64,000 bases of DNA. Source: the human T2T-CHM13v2.0 reference genome, Homo sapiens. Positions 54,901 through 64,000 of this stretch are shown here, one piece after another; within the stretch, counting starts at the first letter, position 1, and every line of letters begins with the position of its first letter. The position numbers were made by a program, and so were the translations under genes. The stretch lies in assembly GCF_009914755.1 (NCBI RefSeq), contig NC_060925.1; one strand, written 5' to 3'. The notes under the pieces are model-generated. The model was not told the origin of the DNA. It worked only from the letters and a program-made list of their open reading frames with translations, and ran no database searches.

Positions 54901-56625
54901 CTCCCATTAGAATGCCTGGGGTCGGCCAGGAGTCTCTCCCGTTAGGATGCCTGGAGTCAGCCAGGTGTCTCTATCATTAGAATGCCTGTGGTTGGCAAGG
55001 AGTATCTCCCATTAGAATGCCTGGATTGGGCCAGGTGTCACTATTCTTAGAATGCCTGAGGTCACCCAGGTGTCTTTATCATTACAATGCCTGGGGCTGG
55101 CCAGGAGTATCTATCACTAGAATGCCTGTGGTTGGCCAGGAGTATCTATCACTAGAATGCCTGTGGTTGGCCAGGAATCTCTCCCATTAGAATTACTGGG
55201 GTCGGCCAGGTGTCCCTATTTTTAGAATGCCTGAGGTCACCCAGGTATCTCCATCATTAGAATGTCTGGGGATGGCCTAGAGTCTCTGGATAGAGTGCCT
55301 GGGGTCAGCCAGGTGTCTCCATCCTTAGAATGCCTGAGGCCACCCAGGTGTCTTTATAACTAGAGTGTCTTGAGTTGGCCAGCAGTCTCTATCATTACAA
55401 TGCCTGGGGTTGGCTAGGAGTCTCTCCCAATAGGATGCCTGGGGTCGGCCAGGTGTCTCTACCCTTAGAATGCCTGAGGTTGCCCAGGTGTCTCTATCAT
55501 TAGAATGCCTGGTGTCAGCCATGAGTCTCTACCATTACAATGCCTGGGGCCGGCCAGGTGTGTCTATCTTTAGAATGCCTGGAATCAGCCAAGAGTCTCT
55601 ATCATTAGAATGCCTGGGGTCAGCCAGGAGTCTCTCCTGTTAGAATGTCTGAGGTCAACCAGGTGTCTCTATTCTTAGAATGCCTGAGGTCACGAAGCAT
55701 CTCTATCAGTAGAATGCCTGAGGTCAGCCTGGAGTCTCTCTCTTCAGAATGCCTGGGGTTGGCCAGGTGTCTCTACCCTTAGAATGCCTGAGGTTGCACA
55801 GATGTCTCTATCATTAGAATGCCTGAGGTTGGACTGAAGTCTTCATCATTAGAATGCCCAGGGTTGGCCAGCTGTCTATACCCTTAGAATGCCTGATGTT
55901 GCCCAGATGTCATTACCATGACATCTTAGCCATAGAATGGCTAAGGTCAGCCGGGAGTTTCTCTCATTTGAATGCCTGGGGTTGGCCAGGTATCTCTATC
56001 CTTAAAATGCCTGAGGTCACCCAGGCGTGTCTGCCATTAGAATGCATGGGGTAGGCCAGGAATCTCAGTCATTAGAATGCCTGGGGTCAGCCAGGGGTCT
56101 ATATCATTAGAATGTCTGAATTTGGCCAGGAGTCTCTCTTGTTGGAATGCCAGTTGTCTCTACCTTTAGAATGTCTGATGTCGCTGAGGTGTTTCTATCA
56201 TTAGAATGCCTGGGGTTGGTCAGGAGTCTCTCCTGTTATATCATTAGATATATCATTAGGGTCTATATCATTAGAATGTCTGAATTTGGCCAGGAGTCTC
56301 TCTTGTTAGAATGCCAGTTGTCTCTATCTTTAGAATGTCTGATGTTGCCGAGGCGTTTCTATTGTTAGAATGCCTGGGGTCGGCCAGGTGTTGCCATCCT
56401 TAGAATGCCTGAGGTTGCCAGATGTCCCTATCATTAGAATGTCTGAAGTTGACCAGGAATCTCTTCAGTTAGAATGCTTGGGGTCAGCCAGGTGTCTCTA
56501 TTCTTAGAATGCCGGAGGTAAGCCAGGTGTCTATATCATTAGAATGCCGGGGGTCAGCCAAAAGTATATATCATTAGAATGTCTGGGGTCGGCCAGGAGT
56601 ATCTCCTGTTAGAATGCCTGGGGTC

Positions 56626-57264
<639 letters not shown>

Positions 57265-60200
57265 CTATTATTGCCATGCCACAGGTCAGAAGAGATTCTC
57301 TCCCATTAGAATGCCTGGGGTCTCCCAGGTGTCTCCATCATTAGAATGCCTGGGGTCGCCCAGGTGTCTCTATCATGTGAATGCCTGGGGTCAGCCAGGA
57401 GTCTCTTTTTAGAATGCCTGGGGTTGCCCAGGTGTCTCTATCATTAATATGCCTGGGGTCACCCAAGTGACTCCATTATTAGAATGCCTAAGGCTGGCCA
57501 TGGGTCTCTTCCATTAGAATGCCTGAGGTTGCCATGCTGTCTCCATCATTGGAATGCCTGAAGTCGGCCAGGAGTCTCTCCCATTAGAATGCCTGGGGCC
57601 ACCCAGGTGTCTCTATCATTAGACTGTCTGAAGTTGCCCAGGTGTCTCGCTCATTAGAATGCCTGGGGTTGGCCAAATGTTTCTCCCATTGGAATGCCTA
57701 AGGTCGCCCAGGTGTCTCTACCATTAAAATGCCTGGGGTAGACCAGTAGTCTCTCCCATTAGAATACCTGGGGTCTCCCAGGTGTCTATTTTTAGAATGC
57801 CTGGGGTCTTCCAGATGTCTCTATAATTAGAATGCCTGGGGTTGGCCAGGGGTCTCCCCTGTTAGAATGACTGTAGTCGCAGAAGTGTCTCTATCATTAG
57901 AATGGTTGGATTTGTCCAGGAGTCTCTCCTATTAGAATGCTGAGGTCACCCAGGTGTCTCTATCATTAGAAAGCCTAGTGTCGATGAGGAGTGTCTCCCA
58001 TTAAACTGCCTGGGGTCCCCCAGGTGTCTCTATCATTACAATGCCTGGGGTTGGACAGGAGTCTCTTTTATTAAAATGCCTGGGCTTGCCCAGGTGTCTC
58101 TATCATTAGAATGCCTGCAGGTGGCCAGGAATCTCCCCCATTAGAGAGCCTGTGGTTGCCAAAATGTCTCTATCATTAGAAATACTGGGTTCACCCAGGT
58201 GCCTCTATCATTAGAAAGCCTGGGTTGGCCAGGAGTCTGTCTCATTAGAATACTTGGGGTTGTCCAGGTGTTTCTATCATTACAATGCCTGGGGTCAGCC
58301 AGGAGTCTCTCCCATTAGAATGCCTGGGGTTGCCCAGGTGTCTCTATAATTAGAATGCCCGGGGTCATCCAGGTGTCTCTATCATTAGAATGCCTGCATT
58401 CAGACAAAAGATTTTTCCATTAGAATGCCTGAGGTTGCCCAGGTGTCTCTATCATTTAAATGCCTGGGGTCAGCCAATAGTCTCTCCCTTTAAAATGCCT
58501 GGGGTCATCCAGGAGCCTCTATTATTAGAATGTCAAGTGTTGCCCAGTTGTCTCTATTATTAGAATGCCTGTGGTCAGCCAGGGTTCTCTCTCATTAGAA
58601 TATTTAGGGTCGCTAAGGTGTCTCTATCATTAGAATGCCTGGGGTCGGCCCAGAGTCTGTCTCCAATTTGAATGCCTGGGATCACCCGATGTCTCTATTA
58701 TTAGAATGCCTGGAATTGGCCAGGAGTTTTTCTTATTAGAATGTCTAGGGTCTCCCAGGTGTCTCCATCATTATAATGCCTGGAGTCGGCTAGGAGTCTC
58801 TCAAATTAGAATGCATGGGGTTGCCCAGGTGTCTCTATCATTAGAATGCCTGGAATTGCCCAGGTGTCTTTTTCATTAGAATGCCTGGGGTCACCCAGTT
58901 GTCTCTATCATTAGAATGCCTGGGGTCAGCCAGGAGTCTCTCCCATTAGAATGCCTGGAGTTGCCCAGGTGTGTCTATCATTAGAATGCCTGGGGTCGCT
59001 TAGGTGTCTCTATCATTAGAATGCCTGCAGTCGGCAAGGAGTCTCTCCCAACAAAATGCCTGTGGTCGCTAAGATGTCCCTATCATTAGAATGCCTGGGG
59101 TCGGCAAGGAGTCTCTCCCATTAGAATGCCTGGGGTCACCCAGGCATCTCTATTATTAAAATTCCTGTACTCAACCAGGAGTCTCTCTCATTAGAATGCC
59201 TGAGTTCACCCAGGTGACTATCATTAGAATGCCTGGGGTCAGCCAGGAGTCTCTTCAGTTAGAATGCTTGAGGTCGGCCAGATGTCTCTGTCCTTAGAAT
59301 GCCTGGCATTGGCCAGAAGCCTCCATCATTAGAATCCATGAGGCTGGCCAGGCATCTCTCCCATTAGAATGCCTGGGGATGGCCAGACATCTGTTTGGCC
59401 AAATAGGAGTCTCTCTGGTTAGAATGCCTGGGGTCACCCAGGTTTCTCTATCCTTAGAATGCCTGAGGTCACCAAGGTGTCTTATCATTAGGATGACTGA
59501 GGAGGGCCAGAAATCTCTCCCGTTAGAATGCCTGTTGTCGGCTAGGTGTCTATCGTTAGAATGCCTGAGTTTGCCCAGGTGTGTCTATAATTAGAATGCC
59601 TGTGGTTGGCCAGGAGTCTCTATCATTAGAATGCTTGGGGTCGGCCAGGAGTCTCTCCTGTTAGAATGCCTGGTGTTGGCCAGGTGTCTCTATTTTTAGA
59701 ACGCCTGAGGTCGCCGAGGTGTCTCCATCCTTAGAATGACTGAGGTGGCCAAGGTGTCTCCATTATTAGAATGCCTGGGCTCAGCTATGAGTCTCTATCA
59801 TTAGAATGCCTGGGGTCAAGCCAGGAGTCTCTCCCTTTAGAATGCTTGAATTCGGCCAGGTGTCTCTATCCTTCCAATGCCTGAGGTCGCCAAGGTGTCT
59901 CTCTGATTAGAATGCCTGGGGTCAGCCAGGTGTCTCTCCTGTTAGAATTCCTAGGGTCAGCCAGGTGTCTTTATAGAATGCCTGAGGTTGCCCAGGTGTC
60001 TCTATCATTAGAATGCCTGAGGATTCCCAGGAGTCTCTATAATTAGAATGTCTCAGGTTGGCCAAAATTCTCTCTGGTTACAATGCCTGTGGTCGGCCAG
60101 GTTTCTCTATCCTTAGAATGCCTGAGGTCACCCATGTGTCTCTATCATTAGAAGGACTGGTGTTGGCCAGGAGTCCCATTACAATGCCAGAAGTCAGCCA

Positions 60201-61328
60201 GGTGGCTCTATCCTTAGAATGCCTGAGGTCACACAGTTGTCTTTACCATTAGAATGCTTGGAGTTGGCCAAAAGCCTCTATCATTAGAATGCCTGGGGTC
60301 GGCCAGGAGTTTCTCCCATTAGAATGCCTGGGGGTGGGCTAGATGTCTCTGTCCTTAGAATGCAGGAGGTCGCCAAGTGTCTTTATCATTAGAATGCCTG
60401 AGGTCAGCCAGGAGTCTTTCCTGTAAGAACACCTGGGGTTGGTCACGTGTCTCTATCTTTAAAATTCCTGGGGTAGCCCAGATATCTCTATCATTAGAAT
60501 GCCTGGGGTTGGCCAGGAGTCTCTCCCATAGAAAGCTGGTGGTTGCCCAGGTGTCTATCATTACAATGCCTGGAATCAGCCACGAGTATCTCCCATTAGC
60601 ATGGCTGGGGTTGTCCAGGTGTCTCTACCATTAGAATGCCTGGGGTCAGCCAAGAGTCTCTCCCATTAGAATGCCTAGGGTTGAAGAGGGGTCTCTATCA
60701 TTACAATGCCTGGGGTCTGCCAGGAATCTCTCCATTAGAATGCCTGGGGTCGAGAAGTTGTTACTATCATTAGAATGTCTGGGGTTGGCCAGGTGTCTCT
60801 CTGGTTAGAATGCTTGAGGTCGCCCAGCTGTCTCTATCATTACAATGCCTGGGGTTGGCCATGAGTCTCTCCAATTAGAGTGCCTGGGGTGGCCCAAGTG
60901 TTCCTATTATTATAGTGCCTGGGGTCGCTCAGGTGTTTTTATCATTAGAGTGCCTGTGGTCAGCCAGGAGTCTCTTCCATTAGAATGCCTGGGGTCGCCC
61001 AGTTGTCTCTATCATAAGAATACCAAGGGTCAGCCACGAGTCTCTCTCATTAGAATGCCTGGGGTCGCCCAGGTGTCTCTATCATTACAATGCCTGAGGT
61101 CAGCCAGGAGTCTCTCCCATTAGAATTTCTGTAGTCACCCAGGTGTCTCTGTCATTACAATGCCTGGAATCATCCACGAGTCTCTCCCATTATAATGATT
61201 GAAATCATTCCAGTGTCTCTATCATTAGAATGCCTGGGGTAACCTAAAAGTCTCTATTATTAGAATGCCTGGGTTTGGCCTGGAGTCTCTCCCATTAGAA
61301 TGCTTGGGGTCTCCCACATGTCTCTTTC

Positions 61329-61776
61329 TGTTGGGAAAAAGCTGAGTGTTGGGAAAAAAGCTGAGGCAGGGCTTGCATGTCTGACATGATGTCCAGGGCT
61401 CAGAGCATAAAACCTCTCGTGGCCTCTGGAATGAGTCTAGACTTGCTGGCTCCTTGCTTCTAGCTTAAACTAGAAGAACATGCTCCCCATTATCTCAAGT
61501 AGCAGAATATGTCCCATATGCTTCAAAGGAAATGCTAAACCATCACAGCTGTAGATCATGTGCTTGCCCTTTTGACCCCCACATTCTCATCACCCGTTTC
61601 TTTGCTTGATCACCAATAAATAGTCTGGGCTTCCAGAGCTCGGGGCCTTCACAGCCTCCATACTAGCATTGGCCCCCTAGACCCACTTTCTTTCTCAAAC
61701 AGTCTTTTCTCATTCCTTTGACTCTGCCGGACTTCATCACCCCCATGACCTGGTGTTGAGTCTGATCACCCCGACA
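61329..61776 (+). mobile_element. MER9-type (HERV-K HML-3) solo LTR inserted in the satellite
   Basis: TG...CA ends (tgttgggaaaaagctgag...atcaccccgaca), AATAAA at 61615-61620, 6-bp TSD TCTTTC/TCTGTC. Confidence 0.85.
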
Positions 61777-64000
61777 TCTGTCATTACAGTATCTGGGGTC
61801 GGCAAGGAGTCTCTCCTATTAGAATGTCTGTAATCCATCAGGTGTCTCTATCATTAGAATGCCTGGGGTCGCCCAGTTGTCCCTTTAATTAGAATGCCTG
61901 GGGTTGGCCTGAGGTCTCTCCCAATAGAATGCCCGGGGTTGCCCAGGTCTCTCTATCATTAGAATGCCTGGGTCAGCAGGAGTCTCTCCCATTAGAATAC
62001 CTGGGGTCACCCAGGTGTCTCTATCATTAGAATACATGGGGTCAGCCAAAAATCTATTCCATTAGAATGCCTGGGCTCACTCAGGTGTCTCTATTGCTAG
62101 AATGCCTAAAGTTGGCCAGGAGTCTCCCCCATTAGAATGCCTGGGGTTGCCCAGTTGTCTCTATCATTACAATGCCTAGGATTGGCCAGGGGCATCTCCC
62201 ATTAGAATGTCTGTGGTGGACCAGGTATCTCTATCATTAGAATGCCTGGGGTACGCAGTGGTCTCTATCATTAGAATGCCTGTGGTCACCCAGGTTTCTC
62301 TATCAATACAATGTCTGGGGTCTGCCTGCAGTCTCTCAAATTAGAATGCCTGGGGTCAGCCAGGAGTCTCTCCATTAGAAGGCCTGAGGTTGCCCAGCTG
62401 TCTTAATCATTAGAACGCCTATGGTCGCCCAGGTGTCTTTATTATTAGAGTGCCTGGTGTCACCCAGTTGTCTCTATCATTAGAATACCTGGGGTCACCA
62501 AGCTTTCTTTATTTTTAGAATGCCTGAGGTCGGCCAGAAATCTCTTCCATTAGAATGCCTGGGGTCACCCAGGTTTCTCTATCATTAGAATGACTGGGGT
62601 TGGCCAGGAATCTCTCCCATTAGAAAGCCTGGGATCGCTCAGTTGTCTGTATCATTAGAATGCATGAGGTCAACCAGAAGTTTCTTTCATTAGAATGCCT
62701 GGCGTTGCCCAGGTGTCTCTGTAATTAGATTGCCTGGGGTCAGGTAGGTGTCTCTCCCATTAGTATGCCACGAGCTGCTTAAGTGTATCTATCATTAGAA
62801 TGCCTGGGGTCACCCATTTGTCTCTATCATTAGAATTCCTGGGGTTGGCCGAAAGTCTCTCCCATTAGAATGCATGGGGTCACCCAGGTGTCTCTATTAT
62901 TAGAATGCCTGTGGTTTGTCTGGAGTTTTTCACATTATAATGCCTGAGGTTGCCCAGGTGTCTCATTAGAATTACTAAGGTTGCCCAGTATTCTCTCCCT
63001 TTAGAATGCCTAGAGTCTCGTTGGTGTCTCTATCATTAGAATGCCTGGGGTTGGCCAAGGGTCCCTCTCATTAAAATGCCTAAAGTAGCCCACTTGTCTC
63101 TACCATTATAATGCCTATGGTCAGCCAGAAGTCTCTCCCATTCGAATGCCTGAAGTCGTCCAGCTGTATCTATTATTAGAATGCCTAGGGTCGGCCAGGA
63201 GTCTCTTCCATTAGAATGCCTGCAGTCATCCAGGGGTCTCTATTATTACAATGCCTAAGGTCGCCCAGGAGTCTCTCCCATTAGATTGTCTGAGGTCACC
63301 CAGGTGTCTTTCTCATGAGAATGCCTAGGGTCAGCCGGGGGTCTCTCCCCTTAGAATGCTTGGGGTCGCCCAAATGTCTCTATAATTAGAATGCCTGGGG
63401 TTGGTTGGAGTCTCTCCCATTAGAATGCATGCTGTCACCCTGGTGTTTCTATCAGTAGAATGCCTGGGGTCTCCCAGTTGTCTCTATCATTACAATGCCT
63501 GGGGTGGGCCAGAAGTCTCTCCATTAGAATGCCTGAGATGACCAGCTGTCTCTGTCATTAGAATGCCTGGGTTTGTCCAGGAATCTCAACCATTAGAATG
63601 CCTGGGGTTGCCTGGGGTTGCCCAGGTATTAGAAAGACTAGTGTTGGCCAGGAGTCCATCTTGTTAGAATACCTGGGGTACCAAGTCGTCTCTATCATTA
63701 GAATGCATGGTATTGGTCAGGAGTCTCTCCCATTAGAATGCCTGATGTTGCACACGTGTCTCTATCATCAGAATGCCTGAAAGAGCCCAGGTTTCTATAT
63801 CATTAGAATGCTAGTGGCCGGCCTAGGGTCTCTCCTATTAGAATGCCTGAGATCGGGCAGGAGTCTCTTTTATTAGAGTGCCTGGGGTCTCCCTAGTGTC
63901 TCCATCATGAGAATGCCTGGGGTCAGCCAGGAGTCCTCCCCTTACAATTCCTGGGGTCACCCATGTGTCTCTATCATTAGAATGGCTGGGGTCGGTTGGG

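Overview
Primate (almost certainly human) euchromatic-to-satellite transition. I recognise it as the 1q42.13 RNF187-BTNL10 locus. The + strand carries the complete 4-exon RNF187 gene (235 aa: RING, degenerate B-box, coiled coil), behind a CpG-island promoter built from degenerate tandem repeats. RNF187 stacks three non-canonical signals: a CUG start, a GC-AG intron 2, and a stop codon that forms the first 3 nt of the last exon and overlaps a strong-context ATG. The - strand carries the decaying butyrophilin-like gene BTNL10 (signal, IgV, IgC and TM exons; 291 aa when spliced; no B30.2 found). BTNL10 lies between two inverted L1PA elements that share non-consensus variants, suggesting gene conversion and a possible inversion substrate. 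The rest is Alu, LTR, L1 and Tigger1 repeats. The last ~10.3 kb is a 35-bp HSAT4-type satellite with internal domain structure, a nested AluY and a MER9 solo LTR. Most ORF-track entries are repeat or low-complexity artefacts. Repeat subfamily names and repeat boundaries are from recall and by eye, so they are approximate.
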